Of a stretch of 49,791 nucleotides of DNA, positions 42,363 to 49,791 are shown piece after piece; position 1 is the stretch's first letter; every line of letters begins with the position of its first letter. Under the pieces are notes generated by a model. The model searched no databases. It was not told the DNA's origin and worked only from the letters and a program-made list of their open reading frames with translations. The translations under genes and the position numbers were made by a program. The stretch comes from an uncultured Muribaculaceae bacterium (GTDB lineage Bacteria > Bacillota_I > Bacilli_A > RF39 > UBA660): the NCBI GenBank assembly GCA_964465805.1, contig CAYXLG010000003.1:1-49791 (forward strand), read 5' to 3'.

Positions 42363-42438
42363 GGTCCCGTGGTGTAGCGGTTAACATGTCTGCCTGTCAC
42401 GCAGAAGATCGCGAGTTCAATTCTCGTCGGGACCGCCA
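42363..42438 (+). tRNA. tRNA-Asp (anticodon GTC)
   Basis: Acceptor GGTCCCG/CGGGACC, anticodon loop CTGTCAC, encoded CCA. Confidence 0.9.
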
Positions 42439-42443
42439 TTGTT

Positions 42444-42519
<76 letters not shown>

Positions 42520-42541
42520 TTTTAAATATAAGATTTAATTT

Positions 42542-42618
42542 GCGCCCGTAGATCAATTGGATAGATCGTTTGACTACGGATCAAAAGGTTATGGGTTCGA
42601 CTCCTATCGGGCGCGCCA
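42542..42618 (+). tRNA. tRNA-Arg (anticodon ACG)
   Basis: Acceptor GCGCCCG/CGGGCGC, anticodon loop CTACGGA, encoded CCA. Confidence 0.9.
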
Positions 42619-42621
42619 TAC

Positions 42622-42698
42622 CGGGAAATAGCACAACTTGGTAGTGCACTTGGTTTGGGACCAAGGGGTTGCAGGTTCAAATCCTGTTTTCCCGACCA
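42622..42698 (+). tRNA. tRNA-Pro (anticodon TGG)
   Basis: Acceptor CGGGAAA/TTTCCCG, anticodon loop TTTGGGA, encoded CCA. Confidence 0.9.
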
Positions 42699-42701
42699 TC
42701 T

Positions 42702-42778
42702 GGGGAATTAGCTCAGTTGGCTAGAGCACCTGCCTTGCACGCAGGGGGTCAAGGGTTCAAGTCCCTTATTCTCCACCA
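42702..42778 (+). tRNA. tRNA-Ala (anticodon TGC)
   Basis: Acceptor GGGGAAT/ATTCTCC with the G3:U70 identity pair, anticodon loop CTTGCAC, encoded CCA. Confidence 0.9.
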
Positions 42779-42815
42779 TTAGAAAATTATCTCGTTTTTA
42801 CGAGTTAAAGCACAA

Positions 42816-42842
42816 AATCAACAAAAATTGTTGATTTTTTTC
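42816..42842 (+). terminator. Intrinsic terminator closing the tRNA array
   Basis: aatcaacaa-aaa-ttgttgatt hairpin plus a T run. Confidence 0.7.
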
Positions 42843-42882
42843 TTATTAATGATAAAAATAACCATTAATTTACTTTTTTTGC

Positions 42883-42910
42883 TTGACAGATGATAAAAAA
42901 TGTGTATAAT
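42883..42910 (+). promoter_or_regulatory. Near-consensus SigA promoter (TTGACA-16-TATAAT) of the 101-aa gene
   Basis: Hexamers at 42883-42888 and 42905-42910, read directly. Confidence 0.65.
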
Positions 42911-42938
42911 AAAAGTACTTTAAAGGGGGAATGTATAT

Positions 42939-43244
42939 ATGGCTGATATTCATATAAGTATGAAATTAAGTGATATTCTTAGGTCATTATGGAATGTCAA
43001 TGATAATCTTAAAAATTTAAATAGTAATCTTAAAAAAAATGATGGATCAGAAAAAGTTATCTTAGAATCTTTAAGTGAAGTGTTAAAATCAAATCAAAGA
43101 ATTGAAGAATTACTTATTGAACAAGTAGAATTAAAAAAATACGAACTAGGATTGCCAAGTAAAATTAATGGAATTTATAATAAAAACCGTTCAAATTTAG
43201 ATACAAATCATTCAAAAGGTAGAGTTATAAAAGGAAAAATATAA
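42939..43244 (+). CDS. Hypothetical 101-aa hydrophilic, predicted helical protein (no recognised family)
   Basis: ORF with a GGGGGA RBS, its own strong promoter and its own terminator. It has no TM segment or signal peptide. The C-terminus is Lys/Asn rich. Confidence 0.6.
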   Translation: MADIHISMKLSDILRSLWNVNDNLKNLNSNLKKNDGSEKVILESLSEVLKSNQRIEELLIEQVELKKYELGLPSKINGIYNKNRSNLDTNHSKGRVIKGKI

Positions 43245-43271
43245 AAAATCAGATAATTATCTGATTTTTTT
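43245..43271 (+). terminator. Intrinsic terminator (perfect palindrome aaaaatcagataattatctgattttt)
   Basis: Read directly. It lies immediately after the stop at 43244. Confidence 0.8.
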
Positions 43272-43377
43272 AATGATGTTAAATATAAATAATTTATATC
43301 AAAAATGGTTGCAATTTTTGCCGGACTATGTTAGCATAAAGTTAGTTTACGAGAAGCAAACATATAGAGGTGATGTA

Positions 43378-44085
43378 GTGATTAATTTTGTTTTATGTGA
43401 TGATAATAAGGAAATACTTGATAAAGTTAGTAATATTATTGATGAAGAAATGATGAAAAATCAAATAGTTTATAAAAAACATATGTTCAAAGACTATGAT
43501 TCCAAATTCATAAAATTAGTTAAGTCAAAATTATCTTGCCGAATATATATATTAGATATTGAAACGCCTAGCGCTTCTGGAATTGATATTGCTAGAATTA
43601 TCAGGGAAAAGGATGTGGAAAGTGTTATAATTTTTTTAACATCTCATGATGAACTTGGTTATACAGTTTTAAAAAATGAATTTATGTTTTTATCATTTAT
43701 TAACAAGTATGATAACTATCAAGATAACTTACGTAAGTCAATAAGAAAAGCGTTAGAAATTCTTGGTAAGAAACGAATTATTAGATTTGAAGATAGGGGA
43801 GCAATATACACAATACCAATTAATGATATTTTATATATTATTCGTGATAATATTGAGAGAAAAGTTGTTATAACCACAGATTATTCAAAATACAGCGTTA
43901 ATAAATCTTTAACTGAGATGTTAGAGTTATTAGGTGATGTTTTTAAACAAACACATCGTTCGTGTATTGTTAACATTAATCGAATAACAATTGTAAATGC
44001 TTCTAAAAGAAAAATTGTTTTTGATACTGGAGTAGAAATTGACTGGTTAAGTGCAAAATATAAAAACGAGGTAATTTTAAAATGA
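43378..44085 (+). CDS. agrA: LytTR-family response regulator (AgrA-like)
   Basis: Receiver domain (VLCDDN...YILDIETPSASGIDIA) plus a C-terminal LytTR domain (ILYI...VVITTD...HRSCIVNINRI). A GTG start at 43378 after AGAGGTGA gives 235 aa. The track start at 43273 abuts the upstream terminator and adds a non-receiver extension. Confidence 0.85.
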   Translation: MINFVLCDDNKEILDKVSNIIDEEMMKNQIVYKKHMFKDYDSKFIKLVKSKLSCRIYILDIETPSASGIDIARIIREKDVESVIIFLTSHDELGYTVLKNEFMFLSFINKYDNYQDNLRKSIRKALEILGKKRIIRFEDRGAIYTIPINDILYIIRDNIERKVVITTDYSKYSVNKSLTEMLELLGDVFKQTHRSCIVNINRITIVNASKRKIVFDTGVEIDWLSAKYKNEVILK

Positions 44086-45374
44086 TATTACTTATTAATA
44101 GTTTTATTTTTTCTCTAGCTTGCTTTTATGTTTCTTCTAAGATTTTTAAATTTAAAATAGATTATAAAAAAAAAGATTATTGGATTGTTGTATTTATTAA
44201 TACACTATTAATAACATTATCGTTTGTTATTACAACACACTTTTTAAGAGTTGTTTTTAATTATATTATTTTATTGATTTTAAACAAATATTACTTTAAC
44301 AAACCCTTTTTCGAATTAATGCTAGGTAGTTTTTTTACATTTGTAGTAATAACTGTTTCTGAAATATTTATGGCAATTATGTTAGTTAGTGTTTTCAAAA
44401 TAGAAATTACACAGTTATCAGAATCATATATTGGACAGTTTTATATAAATATTATTATATCAATTATTATGGTGTTGATTGTTAATGTACGTGAATCAGG
44501 CCGTTTTTTTAAAATTTTCTCCGATAATGTTAAAACAAAAGGACTTGAAGGAATTGCACCTTTAGTACTAATTATTATAGTTATATATGCTGCTCTTTTA
44601 TATTATATATATTATCAAATAAACGGAATTACAGTAATGATTTTAAGTGTTATTCTTATTACTATAATATGTGTTTTATTAATGACTGTTTTGAAAGAAA
44701 AAAATTATAGTGTTAACCTTAAAAAGGAATATGAGGAGTTAATTAGTAATTTAAATGAGTATGAAAAAGTACTGGAAAAGTACCGATTAACAAATCACGA
44801 GAACATTAATAATTTTATTATTATAAAAGGAATGCTAGAAAAAAATGAAAGCGATGTTGTAAAACAAATTGATGAAATTATTTGTAATAAGCAACAAGAT
44901 GATAATGAAATATTATTTAAGACAAAAAAATTGCCTACTGGTGGTCTCCAAGGTCTTGTTTATCAAAAAATGTTAATTATGAAAGAAAAAAATATTATAT
45001 GTAATTTAGAAATTAGTAAACATATTAATGCGAAAAAAATGAAAACATTAGAATCTGAGTTAAATAAAAAAATATGCACTATTGTGGGTATTTTTATTGA
45101 CAATGCTATTGAAGCTGTTGTTGACTTGAATAAAAAAAATGTTGGATTATATCTATATATGGAAAATAATGAATTGTGTTTTTCTATTTCAAATAATTTT
45201 TCTGGTATTATTAATTTAGATAAAATAGATAATATTGGATATTCAAGTAAAGGCAAAGGTAGGGGTTATGGCTTAGGTTTAGTAAAAAAAATAGTTGATA
45301 AGGATGAAAGGATAATAATTAAACGGGAAATTATTAGAGATTCATTTAAACAAATAATAAAAATAAAAATGTAG
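44082..45374 (+). CDS. agrC: AgrC-type (HPK10) membrane sensor histidine kinase
   Basis: About 6 N-terminal TM helices, H-box region RLTNHENINNF, N-box IFIDNAIEA and G-box GKGRGYGLGL. Its start overlaps the agrA stop by 4 nt (ATGA). Confidence 0.85.
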   Translation: MILLINSFIFSLACFYVSSKIFKFKIDYKKKDYWIVVFINTLLITLSFVITTHFLRVVFNYIILLILNKYYFNKPFFELMLGSFFTFVVITVSEIFMAIMLVSVFKIEITQLSESYIGQFYINIIISIIMVLIVNVRESGRFFKIFSDNVKTKGLEGIAPLVLIIIVIYAALLYYIYYQINGITVMILSVILITIICVLLMTVLKEKNYSVNLKKEYEELISNLNEYEKVLEKYRLTNHENINNFIIIKGMLEKNESDVVKQIDEIICNKQQDDNEILFKTKKLPTGGLQGLVYQKMLIMKEKNIICNLEISKHINAKKMKTLESELNKKICTIVGIFIDNAIEAVVDLNKKNVGLYLYMENNELCFSISNNFSGIINLDKIDNIGYSSKGKGRGYGLGLVKKIVDKDERIIIKREIIRDSFKQIIKIKM

Positions 45375-45389
45375 AATTTCTACATTTTT
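45365..45389. terminator. Bidirectional terminator shared by convergent agrC and agrD
   Basis: aaaaatgtaga-att-tctacattttt hairpin overlapping both stop codons. Confidence 0.7.
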
Positions 45390-45510
45390 ATTTTATTAAG
45401 TTTTCTGGCATTTCTGGTTCATCTAACCAAAGAAACATACATGCTGTACTAAAAGAATTTGCAGAAGCAAAGCCAATTAGACTCAAAACAAAAGCACCTA
45501 TTTTATTCAT
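45388..45510 (-). CDS. agrD: AgrD-type autoinducing-peptide precursor (40 aa), unannotated
   Basis: Codon-by-codon hand translation gives MNKIGAFVLSLIGFASANSFSTACMFLWLDEPEMPENLIK. GGAGG lies 5 nt upstream, and the start is 13 nt after the agrB stop. Layout is an amphipathic leader, Cys+4, then an acidic EP..P tail. Confidence 0.8.
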   Translation of the reverse strand: MNKIGAFVLSLIGFASANSFSTACMFLWLDEPEMPENLIK

Positions 45511-45523
45511 GTTAACCTCCTTT

Positions 45524-46114
45524 TTAATATAAATAATTATTATATGGTTGTTTAAATAAATAATAGCTAAGTGGGCTAATTAAGAAAGATTGGATAGTAA
45601 TTGCGCTAAATATAGCATTACTTATAAAATTATCATTAGTAGTAATTAAAATAAGCCCATATATAGCAATAATTAAAATGGAAATAAATTTATATATCAT
45701 TCTTCTTTTTAGACTAATAATAGGTCTTTTTTTTGTATCCGCAGGAGCACACTTTATAAAGATTAAAGTGCATATAGAAAATATAATGATTTTGGTCAGT
45801 TTTGAAATTGTTACAATGGTGCATAAATAAGCTGTACCAATAAAAATAGAGGCAGAAAGTATTAAACAACTTAAACTATTATTAGCGTGCGATCCAAAGG
45901 AAAACATTCTCAGAAAGTTATATAATATAACAATTATTAATAATTGTTTTAAAATGTTTAAAAGAAAAGCAATTATGAATATTATAACAGTTTTGGTAAC
46001 TGATATATAAATGCCTTCTAATCCATATCTTATTGTTTTTAGCTGTAGTTCCGAATACTCAGGATAAGATTTATTAATTAATTTTATTAAACTATCTAAC
46101 ACATATTTTTTCAT
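45524..46114 (-). CDS. agrB: AgrB-family membrane peptidase that processes the AIP precursor
   Basis: 196 aa and polytopic. FLRMFSFGSHANNSLSCLILS matches the AgrB catalytic His/Cys region (LR.fsGG.H......C). Basic loop KKRP. Confidence 0.85.
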   Translation of the reverse strand: MKKYVLDSLIKLINKSYPEYSELQLKTIRYGLEGIYISVTKTVIIFIIAFLLNILKQLLIIVILYNFLRMFSFGSHANNSLSCLILSASIFIGTAYLCTIVTISKLTKIIIFSICTLIFIKCAPADTKKRPIISLKRRMIYKFISILIIAIYGLILITTNDNFISNAIFSAITIQSFLISPLSYYLFKQPYNNYLY

Positions 46115-46142
46115 TACTAAATCACACCTTTATTTATTATAT

Positions 46143-46176
46143 AATGTGTTTAATTTTTTTTTAAGAATGTGTTTAA
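46143..46176 (-). promoter_or_regulatory. Two identical 11-bp direct repeats with a 12-bp spacer upstream of agrB; candidate LytTR (AgrA) binding site
   Basis: AATGTGTTTAA at 46143-46153 and 46166-46176 on the plus strand (TTAAACACATT in the agrB direction). The proximal copy abuts a TATAAT on the minus strand. Confidence 0.5.
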
Positions 46177-46410
46177 AAAAACTGTTTTGATGTCTGAAAT
46201 TACAAAAAACATCTTTTTTGATTAAAAAAATATATAATAGACGTTAAAAGACATACTTTAGACCATTTAATAAAAATTTATAATAAAACATAGTAGAATA
46301 TTTTTATTGCAAATAGAAAATGTCGAAATTTGACTTTCTTATTTTATTGATTATTATACCATTAATGAGGTATATTTGAATTGTAAGGAAACTAGAAGGG
46401 AGAGGTATTT

Positions 46411-46623
46411 GTGCGAGGTAAGGTTAAGTGGTTTAACAATGATAAAGGCTTTGGATTTATTGAATACAAAGAAGGCGAAGATATCTTTGTTCACTATTCC
46501 GCCATTTTGTCATCGGGCTACAAAACATTGGTTGAAGGACAATATGTTGAGTTTGAACTTGTTCGAACTGACAAAGGGTTACAAGCTAAAAATGTCATTG
46601 AAATAAAAACTGCTCTTGTTTAG
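46411..46623 (+). CDS. cspA: Cold-shock protein (CspA family)
   Basis: GTG start after GGGAGAGG. Contains RNP1 KGFGFI and RNP2 IFVHY. 70 aa. Confidence 0.92.
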   Translation: MRGKVKWFNNDKGFGFIEYKEGEDIFVHYSAILSSGYKTLVEGQYVEFELVRTDKGLQAKNVIEIKTALV

Positions 46624-46692
46624 TAGTTTTTTTTATTTTTTTATTTATATATAAAATTAACTATGTTATAATTAATATAGGAGGTAGATAAG

Positions 46693-47235
46693 ATGAAATT
46701 TAATATTAGAGGTGATAAAGTAAAAATAACCCCAGCTATAAATGATTACATCGAATCTAAGATTGGTAAATTAGATAAATATTTAGAAAATCCTGAAAAT
46801 ATAACTGCCAATGTAATTGTCAGAGTTCGTAATATTGAACAAATTGTAGAAGTGACAATTAGATTTAACAAAGTAATATTACGCGCAGAGGAAGAACATA
46901 AAGATTTATATGCTGCTATTGATTTAGTTAGTGAAAAATTAGAACGTCAAATTAGAAAAAACAAAACACGAATGAGCAAAAAAAATAATGATAGTTATAT
47001 AAAAGAAATAAAAACTAATTTTGAATTAGAACAATCAGAAAAAGAAGAAAAGAAAGAATACAAGATTGTTAAAAGAAAGTCAATTGAAATGAAACCTATG
47101 AATGAAGAAGAGGCAATTTTGCAATTGAATTTAATTGACCACAACTTTTTTGTTTATAAGGATGATTCAAGCGAGAAAATTTGTATATTATACAAGAGAA
47201 AAGATAATAATTATGGGGTTATAACAACTGAATAG
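46693..47235 (+). CDS. hpf: Ribosome hibernation promoting factor, long form (YvyD)
   Basis: 180 aa with an N-terminal S30AE domain (MKFNIRGDKVKITPAI) and a C-terminal dimerisation domain (KPMNEEEAILQL...FFVY). It lies upstream of secA as in Bacillus. Confidence 0.92.
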   Translation: MKFNIRGDKVKITPAINDYIESKIGKLDKYLENPENITANVIVRVRNIEQIVEVTIRFNKVILRAEEEHKDLYAAIDLVSEKLERQIRKNKTRMSKKNNDSYIKEIKTNFELEQSEKEEKKEYKIVKRKSIEMKPMNEEEAILQLNLIDHNFFVYKDDSSEKICILYKRKDNNYGVITTE

Positions 47236-47251
47236 GCCGCAGGCCTTTTTT
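47234..47251 (+). terminator. Intrinsic terminator after hpf
   Basis: aggcc-gca-ggcct hairpin plus T6. Confidence 0.65.
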
Positions 47252-47335
47252 ATTTAAATAAATATAAACCGAAGTTTTACTATTATTTTTAATCTTTTTT
47301 TGATAAAATAGATATATAGGAGAAAGGAAGATAAA

Positions 47336-49791
47336 ATGAAGTTTTTAAAACGGATATTTGATCATGAATATAAAGAACTCGAAAAATTTAAAAAAATAGC
47401 TGATGAAATAGATAAATTTGATGAAACAATGAGCAAAATGTCTGATGAAGAACTTAAAAATAAAACAGATATTTTTAAGGAAAGAATCAAAAATGGTGAA
47501 ACTGTAGAAGATGTTTTGGTTGAGGCGTTTGCTGTTGTTCGTGAAGCCGCATATCGGGTTATTGGTGAAAAACCTTATTATGTTCAGTTATTAGGTGGTT
47601 TAGCAATTCACTATGGTAATATTGCAGAAATGAAAACTGGTGAAGGTAAAACATTAACCTCAACTATGCCGGCTTATTTAAATGCTTTAACCGGTGAAGG
47701 TGTTCATATTATTACAGTTAATGAATATCTAGCTGATCGTGATGCGAATTGGATGGGAAATATTTATCGCTTCTTAGGTTTGACAGTAGGCGTAAATCAT
47801 CGTGATTTGTCACCTAGTGAGAAAAAAGAAGTATATGAATGCGATATTCTTTATTCTACAAATAATGAAATTGGATTTGATTATTTACGAGATAACATGG
47901 TTGTTAAAGCTGAAAATAGAGTTCAACGACCACTTAACTTTGTAATTATTGATGAGGTGGACTCTGTTTTAATTGATGAAGCTAGAACACCACTTATTAT
48001 TTCTGGGGGCTTTTTACAATCTGCTAATTTATATGTTCAGGCTGATAGATTTGTAAAAACTCTTAAAGAAGATAATGGATATATATATGATGAGAAAACA
48101 AAAACTGTTGCACTTGATCCAGTTGGGATTGAGGCTGCTGAAAAAGAATTTAAGTTAGACAATTTATTTGATTTAAATAATACAATTTTGGTACATCATA
48201 TTAATCAAGCGCTGCGCGCTAATTATGCAATGAAGAGGGATTTCGATTATGTTGTAGAAGATGGTAAGGTTATTATTGTTGATCAGTTCACAGGTCGTTT
48301 AATGCATGGCCGAAATTATTCAGATGGGTTACATCAAGCGATTGAGGCTAAAGAAGGTGTTAAAATTGGTGAAGAAACCAAAACCTTAGCAACTATTACA
48401 TTCCAAAATTTATTTAGAATGTATAAAAAATTATCTGGGATGACAGGAACTGCCAAAACAGAGGAAGAAGAATTTCGTGAAATATACAACATGTATGTTA
48501 TTTCTATTCCAACAAACGTCCCTGTAATTCGTGAGGACTATGAGGATTTAATATTTGCTACAAGAAAAGGTAAATTTAAAGCAATCATATCTGAAATTAA
48601 AGAAAGATATGAAAAAGGTCAACCGGTTTTAGTCGGAACTATTGCAGTTGAAACTAGTGAGTATATTAGTACATTACTTAAAAAAGAAAAAATTCCACAT
48701 GAGGTATTAAATGCTAAAAATCACGCTAGGGAAGCTGAAATTATTGCCAATGCTGGACAAAAAGGTTCAATTACAATTGCAACCAATATGGCTGGACGTG
48801 GAACAGATATAAAATTAAGTCAAGAAGTTAAAAAATTAGGTGGACTTTGTGTTATAGGAACAGAAAGACATGAATCACGTAGAATTGATAATCAATTAAG
48901 AGGACGTTCTGGGCGTCAAGGTGATCCGGGAATGTCACAATTTTGTGTATCATTTGAAGATGATTTAATGGTTCGATTCGGAACTGATCGTGCAAAAGGA
49001 ATGTTAGAAAAAGTTGGTTTTGATGGTGAGTCATCACTTCGTAGCCCAATGTTTGCTAAAATGATTGAATCTGCACAAAGACGAGTTGAAGGAAATAACT
49101 TTGATATAAGAAAAACATTATTGCAATATGATGATGTTATAAATAATCAACGAACCATTATTTATGAAAAAAGAAACGAATTATTAGATACTGAATCAAT
49201 ATATGACATGATACTTAATAATTTTATTGATTACGTTGATGAGTTGGTTATGAGTCATTTAATTGAAACTACAAAGTTAACTGAAACGGATTTGTCAGAA
49301 ATTTTAGAAGCAGTTAACACTAAGTTATTAAAAAATCATATTTCAATTGATGAAATTAAGAATAAGAACGAAGATGAAATTGTTGATTATATTTCTCATA
49401 AAATCATCAATGAATATGAAACAAAAATTAAGAGTGTACCTGAGGAAATTAGAAATGAATTTGAAAAAGCAATTGTATTAAGGGTAATTGATACACATTG
49501 GATGGAACACATAAATACAATGGCTCATTTAAAAGAAGGAATTCATTTAAGAGGTTATGCTCAGGAAGACCCATTACGAGCGTATACTACAGAGGGATAT
49601 GAATTGTTTGATAATTTATTAAACACTATTGATAGAGAAATTACTATTTATTTATTAAATTCAGAAATCAGACAAAATATTGAAAGAAAAAAAGTTGTTG
49701 AAAACGAAATTACTAATGATAGTGATGATTCAGTAAAAAGAAGTCCTAAAAAGGTTGAAAAAATTGGACGAAACGAACCATGTCCTTGTGG
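47336..49791 (+). CDS. secA: Preprotein translocase ATPase SecA (3' end truncated by a few codons at the window edge)
   Basis: Open-ended ORF, not in the track. Start MKFLKRIFDHEYKEL follows GGAGAAAGGAAG. Contains MKTGEGKTL (Walker A), DEVDSVLIDEARTPLIISG, and GRNEPCPCG (start of the C-terminal Zn finger) at the window end. Confidence 0.95.
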   Translation, partial: MKFLKRIFDHEYKELEKFKKIADEIDKFDETMSKMSDEELKNKTDIFKERIKNGETVEDVLVEAFAVVREAAYRVIGEKPYYVQLLGGLAIHYGNIAEMKTGEGKTLTSTMPAYLNALTGEGVHIITVNEYLADRDANWMGNIYRFLGLTVGVNHRDLSPSEKKEVYECDILYSTNNEIGFDYLRDNMVVKAENRVQRPLNFVIIDEVDSVLIDEARTPLIISGGFLQSANLYVQADRFVKTLKEDNGYIYDEKTKTVALDPVGIEAAEKEFKLDNLFDLNNTILVHHINQALRANYAMKRDFDYVVEDGKVIIVDQFTGRLMHGRNYSDGLHQAIEAKEGVKIGEETKTLATITFQNLFRMYKKLSGMTGTAKTEEEEFREIYNMYVISIPTNVPVIREDYEDLIFATRKGKFKAIISEIKERYEKGQPVLVGTIAVETSEYISTLLKKEKIPHEVLNAKNHAREAEIIANAGQKGSITIATNMAGRGTDIKLSQEVKKLGGLCVIGTERHESRRIDNQLRGRSGRQGDPGMSQFCVSFEDDLMVRFGTDRAKGMLEKVGFDGESSLRSPMFAKMIESAQRRVEGNNFDIRKTLLQYDDVINNQRTIIYEKRNELLDTESIYDMILNNFIDYVDELVMSHLIETTKLTETDLSEILEAVNTKLLKNHISIDEIKNKNEDEIVDYISHKIINEYETKIKSVPEEIRNEFEKAIVLRVIDTHWMEHINTMAHLKEGIHLRGYAQEDPLRAYTTEGYELFDNLLNTIDREITIYLLNSEIRQNIERKKVVENEITNDSDDSVKRSPKKVEKIGRNEPCPC

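Noticed and set aside
43283-43299. 17-bp palindrome ATATAAATAATTTATAT upstream of agrA, considered as a possible operator.
   Set aside because: It is pure A/T in an AT-rich spacer. It is not a direct repeat as LytTR sites are, and it does not resemble the agrB-promoter repeats. It is most likely chance.
46177-46410. Searched the agrB-csp spacer for an RNAIII-like or delta-toxin-like divergent transcript or small ORF.
   Set aside because: Only ORFs of 19 codons or fewer without an RBS are present (for example 46320-46379). The plus-strand promoter-like TTGACT-17-ATTATA element is adequately explained as the csp promoter with its long 5' UTR.
46376-46606. 76-aa ORF overlapping the cold-shock gene in another frame.
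   Set aside because: The overlapping frame encodes a textbook CspA-family protein with RNP1/RNP2 motifs and an RBS. This frame has neither.

Overview
This window is the chromosomal replication-origin region of a very AT-rich, low-GC Firmicute, with Bacillus-like gene order and standard genetic code 11. Left of about 7.3 kb every gene is on the minus strand: a noc/parB fragment, rsmG, mnmG, mnmE, an HD protein, jag, yidC, rnpA and rpmH. From dnaA onward almost every gene is on the plus strand: dnaA, dnaN, comK, recF, gyrB, gyrA, ffs, tadA, dnaX, ybaB, recR, bofA-like, holB, ricT, rsmI, pth, mfd, spoVT, dut-metG, tatD, rsmA, ung, tilS and ftsH. DnaA-box clusters flank dnaA on both sides, which indicates a bipartite oriC. 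A yutG/yutH/yutI/yugI block follows, then 13 tightly packed tRNA genes, then the one clearly accessory segment, and finally csp, hpf and a 3'-truncated secA. The accessory segment (about 42.8-46.4 kb) is an agr-type peptide quorum-sensing module split into two convergent units: an orphan 101-aa gene plus agrA-agrC on the plus strand, facing agrB-agrD on the minus strand. Its 40-codon AgrD precursor is absent from the ORF track. Other non-obvious signals are three perfect parS sites in a roughly 70-bp tandem repeat downstream of gyrA, a short SRP RNA hidden under an ORF extension, a Met-type T-box leader controlling an overlapping dut-metG pair, a ComK gene in the dnaN-recF gap, and a small hydrophobic unannotated ORF. 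All calls come from reading the sequence and recalling family motifs; no database search was run.
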